A DNA stretch of 64,000 bases, taken from contig NW_027270987.1 of the NCBI RefSeq assembly GCF_040938485.1, positions 1,302,001-1,366,000 on the forward strand. Reading direction: 5' to 3'. Below the pieces are notes generated by a model that saw only the letters and a list, made by a program, of their open reading frames with translations, was not told the origin of the DNA and did no database searches. Source of the stretch: Diadema antillarum. Its lineage: Eukaryota. Below, one piece after another: positions 24,625 through 39,600 of this stretch (position 1 is its first letter; each line of letters begins with the position of its first letter). The translations under genes were made by a program, and so were the position numbers.

Positions 24625-27600
24625 TGGAAGGGGGACTGGAACGCTTGGGATTAATGTTCAAGGAAATCCAAACTATCATCACTATGTCTATTTAATCATG
24701 ACTTTATTCAAGTTGAAGGCAATGTGAGTAGAACATTTACAAAAACCAGGTCCACCGTTTTTTCAATACGAAGTGCAGGTTTAAGTTTTTAGAGTTACGA
24801 AATAACTGTTGAAGGTTACATTACCACAACAAAAGATACATTATCATGCATATGATACTTTCGAATATCAATCAGTTATCTCAATCTTCACTATCTTAAT
24901 TTTTACGTGACCCTGTGCCCCAAAATCCCCACAATCACCAACTAATGATAAATACATAAATCCATCTCTACGACTATAAACCATTATTTCAGAATATACA
25001 GAAACACAAACACAAAATTCTACATTGTTCGGCTATCGCCTTTACCCATGGCCCACTCTTTCTCAATAAAATCACTATCGATCTACACTCAGTTAAAAAA
25101 AAAATACATGTAATTAAAACCTTTACCACCAAAACACATTTAAAACAAAATACAAACAATTACCTTGTGTTCGCAAGGCAAAAGATATAAACTCAACTTT
25201 CCAGACGTATTATTTATCCATTTAACACCCTGTGACCTTGTGACCCGAGATTCCCTCCCCTTTCCATCAGAAACGAAACTTAATCAATGTAGTGTACTAC
25301 GTATACGCCTTAAACCTGCGGCTAATACTAAAATTTAAAAAGAAAAATCTATTTCAATACATATCTCAAACAATATTCTGAAATCACCGCATAAAAACGG
25401 TTACGGATAGACATGCATATTGCCTCCGGTGACACTTCGTCGCGAAAACATAATGGGTGTGAATATCAGCTTGTGAAGCCCTACGGATCTAGGTACCGTA
25501 CCTCCCTAAAAGCTTTCTCTTTTCTGGCTTAGAATATCGTAAAGAGGAAGGTATGGCGAGTTTAGAAAGTATCTGAAAGAAATCATTTGGACGAATTTTG
25601 GAATTTGCTGTTTTCAGAATTGTTACCCGGAATAATGAGTCCCCTTGCCCAGATTTCTAACGCATAGAATGACACGGAGTAACTCTTATCCTGGGTGTCC
25701 CGCACGATTGAACTATACTTTTCTACTTTCCTTTGATGTGCATCCTCGAGGTTGGTTTCAATGGGGACAGTTAACTCAACAATCGTGATTTTTTTTTTCT
25801 TCTTCCCACAAAATAAGTAAATCTGGGCGAAAACTTGTGGTGGGAATATGTGCAGGTACGGTGCCCCCGGCAATTGAATGTCCTTTTAAATCAGTGTAGG
25901 TGTAGACGTTCCCATTGAACAGATTTTCAAGAAATGTTTTGTGTATGTACCTCAGTAAATCATTATGTCGCCACTCATATCTAAAAGAGAGGAAGAAATA
26001 TGGGCAATTTGAGAGTATAATGATGCAAAGTACCTGTGGTGCCCAGAAAAAAACAAACACATTTATCACTAATAAATAATAAAATATACGATAGTGACGT
26101 GACCATTGTGACTCTCTTTCAATAGCGGAGTTGTTGCTATCATTAAATATATTTATTTATTTCAGAATGGCTTGATCAGTATCAGCTGCTTTTCATTATT
26201 GAATGCAATAAACTTGTATCACACCAGTGGCAAGGAATTCCAGGTCAGCTGCAGTAACAATTTGAAAAAAAAGGAAAAAAATCGACAGTATAACAAATAT
26301 CAAAACAACAAATAAAAATCGTGTCTCTGACTCTATACACTCTTTTAACGAAAGGAAATACAAAGGATTACAAAAAAATCTCGAGTTGATATTAAAGTAC
26401 ACATGCGCAAGAAAGCAGCCATACGTCACTTTTTTCTCTTTTTTTTTAGACAGTTGGGGGGGGGGGGGGCTAGTGGCAAAAGTACGCAAGATGGGGGGAG
26501 GGGGAGGGGTAATCACGGAGAGCTTCGATGGCATACTGGACTATCTTTATATCCGTTTACAGAGTTGACTGAGTTGAGTTGACTGATGCATTTGCAGCAC
26601 ACACACACATCCGTTGATTTTTACGTCGCCGTGTTGATCACAAAGCTGGCACTGGTCCCGAGGAGCGTCTATTGGCATCACTCTGATCTACATCATTTTC
26701 AACGGGATCATTCTGGGTAGTGTCATTGCGAAGGGTCGATGCACTGGTCTTGTCATTAGCCGTTTGAAACCCTCGAGCTATGAAAATGACGGCGATCATT
26801 CCAATGCTTTAGGTGTAAGTACACTTACGGTCTCCGAGATGGAAATCTCCGTCTTGCACAGCCCGTCAGGTTCAACTTTGTGGGCAGTTTGGATGAGGAC
26901 AAGAGCATACATGATTCTCCAGTTTGTTATCCCTTTCGTAGTTTGTATGTGAAGGCTCCAGCCCGGTACTTCGTGGACTACTCAGTACGTTTGTATCTAT
27001 TGGTCCTTACACCAGCTGCCAGCCATAGATTGGACTGATGCGTTAGGTGACGAACATACTAAACTCCGGGCAATAACAGCAAAGACGATCAAACAGAGTT
27101 GCATATCTCATAAGGCTCTCCAACAATGTCCCTGAAAAGCAGACTAGATAGAGTACGTATCAAAATCACACACGTGATATATTCAGGCTCTGCAAAATTT
27201 GCATGTAAAACGAAGTACGGGAATATAAAAGTTTCAGCGACATTTCTCCGTCCGTACAAACCACGGTCAAAACTGTCTTAAAACAAGAGTAATTCTTGCC
27301 TATGAAAGAATCACAGACAATGACGAACTAGGACTGACTACAGTCCACCGATGCACAGGTACTTGACGTTCATATACTCCAGCATGCCGAACTTGGCCCC
27401 CTCCTGTCCTCGCCCGGACTCTTTAAAGCCCCCAAATGTGGCGCCCTCGGTTGAGATGAGGGGCTCATTAACCGCCATCATGCCGAACTCGAGCCGCTTG
27501 GTTAGACGCCACACCTGCCCAATGTCTCCAGTGTAAACGTAGCTCGCGAGGCCGTATCGGACGCTGTTGGCTATAGCAATCGACCCTAATCCTAATCCTA

Positions 27601-30600
27601 ACCCTAACCATCAAACCCTAACCCTAACCCTAACCCTAATCCTAACCCCAACCCTAACCCTAACCCTAACCTCCTCCTCGTCCTAAAATCTGAGCGGGGA
27701 AGTGGACTTTGCGTCTTACTATCCCATGATTCCGTACGATATCACTTTGCTGTGCCACTTCGGCCGCACAATACAGCAACTTTGACATTTTCGATTACGA
27801 CACTGCGACTGATGGTGAATCATAACTTGTTTTCAAGGACATTACACCGCAGTCTATTGCGGATTTTGATATGAAAATCTGTGAAATTTTACACATATAC
27901 GGTAATCATACTGTAACAGACCAGTTATGTTAATCTCTGCAACTAAGCAATGTACAATTTGAATTGGCAATAGTGCCTTACTTGAGTCTAGTTTTGAGAC
28001 TAATCTTGTGAGTCTGAGAGGTGTGGATGAAAGCTAGCATGTCTTAGCTCAAAGGTTCCAGAAGTTTCAACAAAGTTGTGGAGAAACAAGAGGCCTGAAC
28101 TTGGTGAGAAACCTGGGTTACAATGCCTGGACTATGAAAATGACAACTTTGTTATTATATAGTTGTACAATAAGTGACAAGTGTGAGTTTGAAGCATGAT
28201 TTGTCAAGTTGTGTAAAGAAAGGTTGTAGTCAGTGCTGCTGAGGGCAGCTGCATTACGCAGAGTTACTGCATAAGCTAAGGTATGGTACCGATGGTGCAG
28301 ATAAATGTGTGTGTTATACCTGGCAAACTAGAGAGTAACTTGTCACAATGCTATGTCATATATGAAGAATACTGGTTGGCTTCATGATATTAGAGGGAGC
28401 TTGTGTGATTACTTTTGGGTGACACAGTAATGTATGCTCCAATGCAGGCAAGCCGTTCATGTTTATGCATAGTGTTTCCATTGGAAGTTTGATGCTATGC
28501 AAGTATAAATAGTCACGGTGTAATCACTGAAACTTTGAAAGGTGACTGATTATAGGTGATAAGTGATCCGGAGTGATTGTGTAGTAAGAAATAAGGGAGA
28601 TGAAGGAAGACAGGGTATGCTGTTTCATTCCTTTCCCTAGGAATAAGGTTGTAGTTTTATGGCATAGGTTGCAGTGTGAGTGAGAATGCCATATTTCAAG
28701 AGTCACTTCATGCTGTGTTCATAGTTTAATGAGAATGATGGAAATAGAAGGTATGACAAGTATCCTGTATGAGGTACACCATACGATGGAAACGGTATTA
28801 GCTTTACCATTCAGGCATTGAATGATGGTACGTCATAGCACTCTACATGGGGTATAAGGTAGCCTTAGATACATGGTATCGATCCATCACCCAGAGAGAT
28901 GATGAACTAGTTGTATCTAGGTGTAGTGGTGCAGTGTACTAAAATTCAAGAAGTATGCTGTATCGGCTATAACATACACCTATGTTACTGTAGCATCAAT
29001 GTGTTGTATATTCTTCTCTATGGAGAGTGTGCCAGATGGGATATGTTACCATGCTCGCTGGAATGTATAATACGGATGACACTGGCTAGGTGTTTGATAG
29101 GAGTTATCTGTTATGACAAATAGAGTCTGTGACTCAAATTATAGTGCCGTTAGGTACAACAAGACACTAAGACATTCATGTTATTTTTATGTAATGTTGA
29201 TACTACAGAGTTCAAGTTCACTGAGTGGCTTGGAAGTCACTGCACGGAGTCGAGTCTCGAGAGAGCTCAAGAGGGGTGAGTTGTAGTAGGGCAGTGATAA
29301 GCATATAGGCTAGCAAGCTCAACACTGCTTAATTTGTACATAGGTTGTTGTTGAAAGGAAACTTGTTTCAGGAAGTTTTTGGTCAGTTGAAATGTGCTTT
29401 GTTTAATACATTTCAGAGTTGATGTTGTACGATACAGTATATTGGTGTTGATAGTCCTACAAGCCTGTTTGCTGACAAGGTAATATCATTAAATTTGTGC
29501 TGTTTGTAGTACATATAGCAGGCTGTGAGTTATTTTGCATATTATGAAAGCAGATGTTGGGACATATACACTGAGTCCAAAACAATACAAAGCAAAATAA
29601 ACAACAAAAAAAGGGGGGGGGGGCAACTATATGCATGTGGTTGAAATAAATCAGAAGGGAGTACATTGTATATTGTGAACTTAAAGAATAAAGATGATTA
29701 TCAGTGTAGATAATCTTCAGTGACAATGGTATAAAATCATATTTGTACAATGGTGTATGGTAATGAAAACGATATGGATGGAAAATCATAAAACGTGATA
29801 TTGATGCTTCCATTACAGTTCACATGGATTGGAATGCTGAAAAGCATGAATGAACAAAACTTAAGCATCAGTTGTGAAGTATGTTACAACAATATGCAGT
29901 TTGTAGGTATGTTACATGGCCATTGTGTAAGTCATGGTTTGTTCTTTGTTGTTGTTGTTCTTTTCAGGGTTAAGCCACCCTCAATTAAAGTCTGCCACTA
30001 TACTGAACAAATGATGGAGTCCAGTGTCATTTGTCTCAAACCTGCTGTGTTACAATACAATTTATACTATACACTGACAAACAAACAAACAAACAGACAA
30101 ACACATAGGATTGACAATGTTTTACGGATTTCTAACACGGCAAGGCATCTTGTCGAGTAAGGAGAATGCGATCCGCTGCAAACCGATTCTTTTTTTCTTT
30201 TTAAAGTGCCACTATATTAAGTCATTCATTTTAGTTGTTCAAGGTTTCTTCGAGTGACGTTTAAAAGCTCTTGAAAAAAAATCTTGGAAAGGAAATATAT
30301 ATTAGAATTTCATTTTTTTGGCACTTTTAATCTGAAAGCTATTTCAGTTATTTCTTATTTTAAACGAAATAACCATCCGTGTTCAAAATTATGTATTGAT
30401 TTGAGACTTAATCTGCATTCACATAGCATTATACTTTGTATTGTCCACTGAATTGTGGCGGTGAATGATAATAAGAAAAATCGCCTACTAGACTATACTG
30501 TACGTGTGTAATAGAGCCTAGAACTACAAATTATGAGTACGTTCCTGCTCTCGGCATTTAATCAGTGTTTCGCAGAGAGATTGGTACATGGGACATGGGG

Positions 30601-33600
30601 CGGGGGGGGGGGGGGGGGGGAGGGGTTCCAATGAGCTAGTCATGAAGGGTATCTGACTTATCAACCAACACTTACTTTATGATCGGGGCCAGAGGTCCGA
30701 AGGTTTCTTCTCGACAGACGAGGGCGTCATTCGGAACATCGCGAATAACGGTGGGCTGGAAGTACGACCCGCCAAGGGCGTGTCTCTGGCCTCCCACCAG
30801 GACCTTGCCGCCACGAGCCACGGCATCGTCCACATGCTTCTCCACCTGTAGACATCAGAGAGAGAAATGACGGCAGGTATTGTTTGTTTGTTCATTTTCC
30901 ATCTGAGAAGATGGTTGGATAACCAATATTCAGCTACGATAAGCTGGTCTCGCATGGGCTCCAGTTGATGTGAGGCGGAACACTTCACCGGGTTAAACAC
31001 GCTGCTCTTTACGATCTGAATGAATGAAGCGGAATCTTTTACGTGCATGAGATGTGGCTCTCTCACACACGGGACCTTCATTTTATGTCCTATCCGAGGG
31101 ACAGAGTGTTTTGCCTCTTGCTAGAGGGGGACGGTATCATTACACACAACATTGCTCAGTCCAGACTCGGGTTCGAACCCGGGTCGCTTGGGTCTGAGGC
31201 AGACGCGCTACCGACTGAGCCAACTCACCACACTAAAGTTTATAACAGGGACTCACTGTTAGCTCCAGTGAGTTTCGACAAAAATCATGAAAATAGTAAA
31301 TAAATCAAAGAGTCAGCAAAATAATGCAGGAAGAAGCAAAGTTGGAGTAACACTTAGCTATAACGAACTGTGTCGTACAGTAGTACGATCAAAATGTAAT
31401 GTCTGGCTTTGATTTCAATGGACTGAAATTAACTAACGTTTCAGCCAGTTGATTGCATTCGAGTATTATAATGATAGAAATGGCGAAAGGATGACATTTT
31501 GAAATTAGCGTGATACACACGCTGTCATTCAAGATAGACTTTGGAGAAGCTCTTGAATTTAATGTGCGAGGAGCGACCAGTGAAAGAAAGGGAAAACAAT
31601 TCCAACAAACTAACAAACTAACAAACACATAATCTTGCGACTACACAATGTCGTATTCGAAGCAGTTATACATACTTTCCTAAATTTCTATGGTTATTTG
31701 CTGTAATTGAATGCTCTGCTGTTCGCATTGACTTCTGAGCGTTCTGTATCAGCTTTCCGATCCACACAGGGGCCTATAAGGAAGATCGTATCATTAATGC
31801 CCAGGGTCATGGCTGTGAGATTACTCAGTACTTTTCAACATGGTATGGCAGCATAGATTTACAAACAGAAAGAGGAAGCTCTGAAAGAGGAAATTACTCA
31901 ACAATGTGATATCGGAAAGTCTAGAAAGTTCACTGATCGGCGCACAAAAGTTATATACATGTGTGGATGGGTTTCGAAATGCTTTCTCACTATCAGCGAA
32001 ATAAAAATCCTAAAAACCTATTGAGATATCAACAAGTCTTCGCAAAACTCTATACTTCACAGCTGGAGTGTAAAGCAACATGTTTCACTGGTTTTGATTG
32101 GATATAGTACTTAGAGACAATCATATAGACTTCTGTAGGCTAGTCTTGATCTTTTCCTCTTCTTTNNNNNNNNNNNNNNNNNNNNNNNNNNNNNNNNNNN
32201 NNNNNNNNNNNNNNNNNNNNNNNNNNNNNNNNNNNNNNNNNNNNNNNNNNNNNNNNNNNNNNNNNNNNNNNNNNNNNNNNNNNNNNNNNNNNNNNNNNNN
32301 NNAACTGAATACTCACGAACATGTTTGGCGTATGCTTGCACATGTCACATATCACCCTTTCCCCCCTCCCCCTCCCCCTTCCCCTCCCCCCCCCCCCCCC
32401 CCCCAATGACGTTTCACGTGAATATACCCTCTGCTCCCTCATCGTGCAAGTACTACATTGATAGAGCTTGGATCAAAGGCTAGCACCCACCTTCTCCATA
32501 CCACTGACGTTGATGAGCGGTCCCTGGGTGGTGGCCGGGTCCATCCCGTCGCCTACTACCATCTTCTCCACCTCGGCGCTCAGTTTCTGGCAGTACTCGT
32601 CGTACACTTTCTCGTGCACCAAGATTCGATTAGCGCAGACACAAGTCTGACCGAAACAAAACAACAACACACACAAACAAAAGGGGAAAAGGTCAAATTC
32701 ATTCTGGAAGTGTTGCATGTACTGTAGCCAGTTATCAATGTAAAACTTCCACACTATCCCTCATGAATGATTCCAAATGCTGACAATCTCAAGTACACGA
32801 AAGTAACTGTTAACTGCTAAATATGTTAATTGATAAATCGGTTAACCGCTATCCACAATGACAATTCTGGAAAGCTCACAACTCGTTAATATTTCACGCA
32901 TCACAAATAGGTCACACACGTTTCACATCACTATGATATTTTCACAAATTTTTGCGTCTTAATCCAATGCTGCCAAAACACGACGGTTTCTGTTTCTTGA
33001 TGTTTTCTTCTTTATAATTCCTTTGCTATTGGCAACATCTTAGGTATATAATATCAATATGACGTATAGATGTTGTGCCGCTGACAAGGGAAACGTCTTA
33101 ATTTGCGAAATTAAATCAATACCAAATTTAGACAAAGAGCAGCAAACTGTTTTTCTTAAGAATAATAACAGACGGTCGAGTTGATCATACTCAGTACCTG
33201 GCCCGATCCGCGGAATTTGCAAACGAGCGTGCCCGCCACGGCAGCATCCACGTTCGCTGTTTCGAAGACAATGAAGGGGGCGTTGCCGCCGAGCTCCATG
33301 GAAACGCGTTTGACCGTGTCTGCAGCTTGCTTCAGGAGAATCTGGGGGCACGCACCCAGAGAGTGTGTGGAAGACAGTGAGTAACATACACGAAAATATA
33401 GAAACTAATACACACATAATTAGATAATGCACATGAAATACGTACCAATACACAAGAAATGTCGGATGTTTAATATCACGGCTGTTTTCCGGGCTTCCGG
33501 GCAATCAATAGGTTATCAATCATGCACTTAATAATCACAAACAAATTAAACACTTCCACCGACATTTCATAGATATTCATAGCATTTATGATACATCGTC

Positions 33601-36600
33601 ATAATGGTCAGGCTACAAAAACCTCTAAACATCTTGCCTACGAGAACGCAACTTATCTCATTACCCACAAATATCGGACTTCTCTAGTCGGGGTTTTAAC
33701 CATATACAGTTATTCACAACATGGCTTTTGAATGTGTCAGCCTGGAAAATGAATACGGAGAAATATCGTTTAAAGTGAATGAGCAGTAATTTTGACTTGT
33801 CGTGGAGGGTCTAGGTATACCTTTCCTGTATTCGTGGACCCGGTGAAGGAGATTTTGGCCACCTGCGGACTCTCGCATATCACCTTGCCCACTTCGGCGG
33901 CGTGAGCGCGGGAGCATGGCACCACATTGAACACACCCGCTGGAAGACCCGCTTCGTTTGCAAGCTATGGGGAGAAAAGAGACGCTACAATCTTGATCAC
34001 AATGTCTGGCTTTAATACTACGTTATTTCTCTTAAAACATCTTCGAAAGAAGTGTAAATTAGCTGCAGTGACGCACAGTGTAATTACTATTGAATAAATA
34101 TGAAATCATAGATTTTCAGATTTCTTTCACTTTCCTATACAGATTTCGCAATACATGTACTTTCCTCACATTACAATGATGAAATATTCTGAGGATTCTG
34201 CACTGTATGTACAGATGATATCAAATACAAAGCGTAACTTCTACAAACAAAACTACAGCTACTCCAAAATAGGTAAAACTGACAAGTAAAGCTTTTTTTA
34301 AGTAATTGATTGTAATGTCTGTCTTTTTTCTGCTCACGCGCGAAGTGGAATTATGAACTATATTCATACAGCCAGTCTACGCAAGCACGTTCCTCCAGTT
34401 TCCATACCTCACACAGGGCCAGAGCCGACAGGGGAGTGTCTTCGGCCGGTTTCACCACCACCGTGCAGCCAGCGGCGATGGCGGCTGCTGCTTTCCTCGT
34501 GATCATGGCACTAGGGAAGTTCCACTATACACAAATGGAGATAAGACAGAGGTAAGCGTTAGTAAGAAAATAAATGAAATATGAACAAGTCCATTATTAT
34601 GACACAAACTGTCACAGCACGATGCTCTGAATATAGGAAAAACCCTTTCAGCGCTACGATTTACAAAAACGCCGTTGACAATGTATTGTATGACTACGTT
34701 TTTACGAAGGTAACGACAGAATTAACAATCACTTTTACTAAAAGATATCCATTTCCTAGATCGCCTGAAGAAAACTTCTTCCCATTTTGCTCTTACAAAA
34801 CAACAAACATAATTACAACAAACATAATGAGCAGCAGCTACATTTTCCTGATTTTATTGAGATATGTTATGTTGTCAAGTAGCTATTGTTCTGTGTACAT
34901 TTTGATAATATTAACGTCGAAATAATAATAAACAATATTGCGGGGGATTTTTATGTGTGTATACATAATCTGGTCCCAAGTCTTAATTCTGGTTATTGAC
35001 TGACAATACATTGGAACATGATTATCAATGTTCTGTTGGCATTGATAAACCATCAGCGCCAGTCTGAAAGATAAAATGTGTGCTGCTGCTACTACTAACT
35101 GCTACTGACTACTACTACCACAACCACTGCTATTTAGAGTATAGCAACAAAACAGGTGCATTGAACAGCTCGTTACTAGATTTCCAGGGGAATACAAGCA
35201 GCAATATATTTGAAAACATTTTAGTAAACCGGCCAATTGGGACGTGTAACGTACGGGTGTTATCATGCCGGCTACGCCTACTGGCTGCTTCATGAAGATC
35301 ATCCGTTTGGTCTTGAACGGCGACGGGACAACGTCCCCGTAGGCCCGCTTGGCCTCCTCAGCAAACCACTCAAAGAACGACGCTGCGTATCCGATCTCGC
35401 CCTTAGCTTCCGCCAGTGGCTTGCCCTGTCGTGTCGATCGGTAACCGTCAATCCGCGCGACATGGGGAAAGTTTGGGGTGTGAATAAAGAGAGTTTACAT
35501 GATAAGACTGAATATGTCTTCTTTAAAGTTGTTTCCTTGCACGATGAGATGGTATATTATCATACATAGTCGGTACGTGGATTATCGCAAACTTCTACTA
35601 ATCATCGGTCAGAACAGTTAAGTTGTCAGACATTGCGGAATGGGAGTCAGATATGGCGATTATTAAGAATTAGAATAAAACGACGCACAAGTATAGACCT
35701 AGTTGTAAAAAAAAAGCAAGGTGAAGACGAAAATAACATTGCGCTGTAAGTCGGTGATACGTGCGTTAACGGGAATCATATTATCATTATAGTGCGCAAT
35801 AGCGATTATTATCGGTTTATCAATACAAATTAATCATGATTCGTTACTATAGACATATTACTGCGATATATTTAACATGATCACTTCATCTTACGTTTGA
35901 TCCACGGTGGAACATATGTTATCCGTCATATCAGCAGAATTACCCTTATTTAATGACTGGGAAACTGTCAACATTCGGAATCATGTTGTCAATGATTACA
36001 CCTAGTGTTTGAATTTTACAGATACAACGTCGATAATCACGTCAGATAGAGAATAAAGGATTTACCTCCTCTCAAAAAAAGGAAAAAAAATCGAGTGAAA
36101 ATATTCACTCTTGAAGGAGTGAATACAAAAAAGAGTGAATTTAGAGTGAAATTGGAGTGAATTTTGAGTGAAAATGTTCATCTTCACTCGTTTTAGAGTG
36201 ACCTCAGGGATCACTCCAAAATCTTCGAGTGATCCCTGAGGTCACTCCAAATTGAGTGAAATGAATGATATAAATGATATACGTATATTCTTATAAGAAC
36301 ATGTTTACGGCATATAAATTATGGTTGCCGTCATTACGTACGTTTTCAGCCGTCAGGATCTTTGCCAGCTTCTCCTGATTCTGCATCATTAGCTCAGCCC
36401 ATCTTCGTAGGATGATACTCCTCTCCTGCCGATTGGAACAAATATCGATTCTTTGTTATCGTAACCCATTAGGTCCTTGGGTCCTTACTGCAGAAATAAT
36501 CACTTTGCCCTCTTTAAATTGGAAACTCTACTTTTGTTGTTGTTTTTTCCCTGCGTATACTAAAAAAAGGATTAGTTGAAACCGTTAAATTCATCGGATC

Positions 36601-39600
36601 TTCACAAAATTAGAAGAAAAAAATACAGTAAATAAAAAATAGCACAATATGTCAACATCTTCCGAGTCCCAGGCATAATATATAAACGCAGACACGTAGA
36701 CCTATCATTCTGTACCTTACGCTTCTGAAGAAAAATTAATGCAATCATGTGATTCAACTTATGGTGTTGTATATGCTATCAACTATAAAGAGAGAGAGAG
36801 AGAAGGGGGGGGGGAGAAGAAGGCAAAGCAGATGCAATGTCACTGGTTCACCAAATTCATATGAATGTTCATGATCCTTCATATTTACGCACACTGTGTT
36901 TCGGATTTATTTTACGTGTATGGCCGTTGATGGAACAATAATTCTTGTAACTTGGCAAGCAGCCACGGGAAGACGGAAGCAAGTCTCGTCCAAGGGACTG
37001 GGCAAAGGTAACGAAGTACCTTATTCGAGAGTTCATCTGCTGATGCTGGTGGCTCGAACCAAGAGTCTCAATATTGAGAACCCATGATCATAACCACTGA
37101 GCCGTAACACCTCCTAGTATGTTGTATTCTTTTGGAATTTCGTATCCTTTTGAATCTATATCTTGTGGAAGATACACTATATTCGTGTATTTACGTGCAT
37201 ATTCCACATCATACTTTTGAACTTTATCAAATGTAGTTTTGAAAGCTCGTCCCGGATCGTGCTATATTATGCCAGACAATTCTGTATAGCAGGACAATGT
37301 GCACCCTCCATTGACAATATTGTCTCCCCGTGTGCACCCTCCTTTTTCTGTGTATCAACTGATTGGCCATCCTAGTCATTTATTTCAAAGAGAGCTTTGC
37401 GCAAGATTTAAGTCTCCCTCATACGGGGCGATTGCCTTCAGTCATACCATGGCTAATCCGCTTGTGGACAAAGAAAATGACATTTTCAGAAAATGGTATT
37501 AAGAGGCTTAATGGTCATCTCTCAGAGAACAAGCAGGAGGGGCTTATATCGTCTTGCATCTTCGCAGAGAGAAGAAAATTACAGAAGTCCTGCGATTCCA
37601 GTGAATTATACGGACATGAGTACATGTCATGACGTTTTGACTAAGATATCTCTCAAAAGGCAGTATTCTGATTCAAATTTGAGATTCATTATAATTATAT
37701 AGAACATGCGTTACCCCAAATAAAAGTGTTGATAACTGAGAAATGGCTGATTTTCAGTTTTCTTCCCTTTGTTAAAGTTGAGAAGTATTATATATGTGAA
37801 GGTCTCGATCGGCCTAAACACTCTTCAGATTATTTTTCATATGAGGATGGGTCCGGATCATGGTTAGTATCCGGGCGTGTGTATACACAGACCGAAAATA
37901 AGAGACTTTGCCAACATCCTTCTTGTCTCTTTCAGATTAGTATAATATGCATTTCACTTGCCACCGCGGGAAGGCGGAAAGATTGTTAAAAAAAAAGTGG
38001 CAGACTACTTGATATTGGTCTCCACTTCAATCCGTATCGAAAATACAATAACACAATAACAGTACACTGTGTACGAGTTGTCTTTGTTTTAAATTGAAGT
38101 AGAGAGAACAAAAAGAATGCAACTCTGATATCGTCAATAGCCTGGGATTATTTTGGATTTATATTGTACTCATGTACATTCAAAGTCATTTCCCTTGAGC
38201 AATTCAAGTAAATTTGACGGACTATTTCCCAGTACTGAGATGAAAAACAACCTCGCATTATAGGAATATGGGGGGGGGGGGGTCGGACACAGCTCTCTGG
38301 TTGTTAGGGGCGTTTATTACATTAGATGGCATGAATTGAACATGGGATAGCGCCCAGAATTATTGATGTCACGTAACTTTAAATGATCTGGTAACTTGTG
38401 TACTCAGATTTATTGTACTTCAAATTTACGAGCCATTAACTACTAGTGATCCTAACCCACAACTACGACGGGTGCCAGAGATTTTGTCCGATAATGATTA
38501 ACGGGGCAAATTCCACCAACAGAAGCAGGAACGTAAAATAGCCCATCGCATCGCAGGCTATTAAACCGGAACACGCGTGACATTGAATGTTAAGATAACT
38601 TGTTCTACGTGAAGGAGAATAATAATTTATATCTGTCAAAGTTGAATTCATCATATATCTATAACAAGGTTTAATACGCGTGAGATTATACCTGTCGGAA
38701 AATTTTCAAACAATGCTTGTGTGTGTCTACGATAAGGTGCGCGATAACAATATTTGCGATTCAATATAACGTTTATGACTTCCATAAAATGAGTCGAATG
38801 ATAAAACTTTTGAACGTTTTATAATGAAACAGTACAATCATGTACTTGCACAAAGAAGCGCTGTCTTTTCTGTTATTTTGTGTTGTTGTTTGTGTTTGTC
38901 CCCAACGAATTGAACAAAATGCTCCTTATCCTCTAAGTGGACAGTTGATTGTATGAAATGTGGGGAATTATGCCCATATGAATAATATTATTAAAAATAA
39001 CAAAATACCGGTGATGTTCAGAGTAAAACTTCACCACCTTGCAACGGATTTTGAATAAATCGATCACTGATAAGATGGGAGTTCAGAGTGCATGTTTACT
39101 TCAGTTTCATAAGAAATGCGAAATAATCTACCTTTGATCTTCTCTTCGTATTCACATGGTTTGCTCTTCGTCAATGAAATACCGTGTGTCTATGAAGTGG
39201 CCTATCAATATCGTTGTAATATATCTACGCATTACAAGTGTATGTGTGTGTGTGTGCGTGTGTGTGTGCGTGTGTGTGTGTGTGTGTGCGTTGGAAATTC
39301 TTGGAGAGGCCTGAACGGGAACGCATGGGAGAGGACTTTGTATTATTCATGTCTTGTACCAATGCACGCTTTATCATTCATAATGAGAATCTAGTTATAT
39401 AATGGAAACAAATGAGCATCTTACGTTAATTTCTTTGGGATAGGGCTAAGAGGAATAACATTTTTGCATGGTGTAAAAGCAAAGGAAGTGACATTGTTTT
39501 TCTTCAAGAAACTTATAGTACTGTTGATGTAGAGGAAAGGTGGAGCTCAGAGTGGGATGGCTCAATGTTTTTCAGCCATGGATCAAACCATAGTAGGGGA

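Noticed and set aside
25981-26000. Strong-looking splice acceptor (ttcttcctctcttttag) before the RLE RHN motif, suggesting a domesticated endonuclease exon
   Set aside because: The upstream sequence still decodes as the retroelement knuckle (TLHHILSNCP, one frameshift), so it is a continuous degenerate ORF, not an intron.
26997-27104. 35-codon minus-strand ORF resembling a signal peptide ([20 protein letters not shown]...)
   Set aside because: Too short, no recognisable continuation, and expected by chance.
31170-31229. tRNA gene
   Set aside because: A and B boxes are present, but there is no full cloverleaf and the sequence continues into a SINE body and tail.
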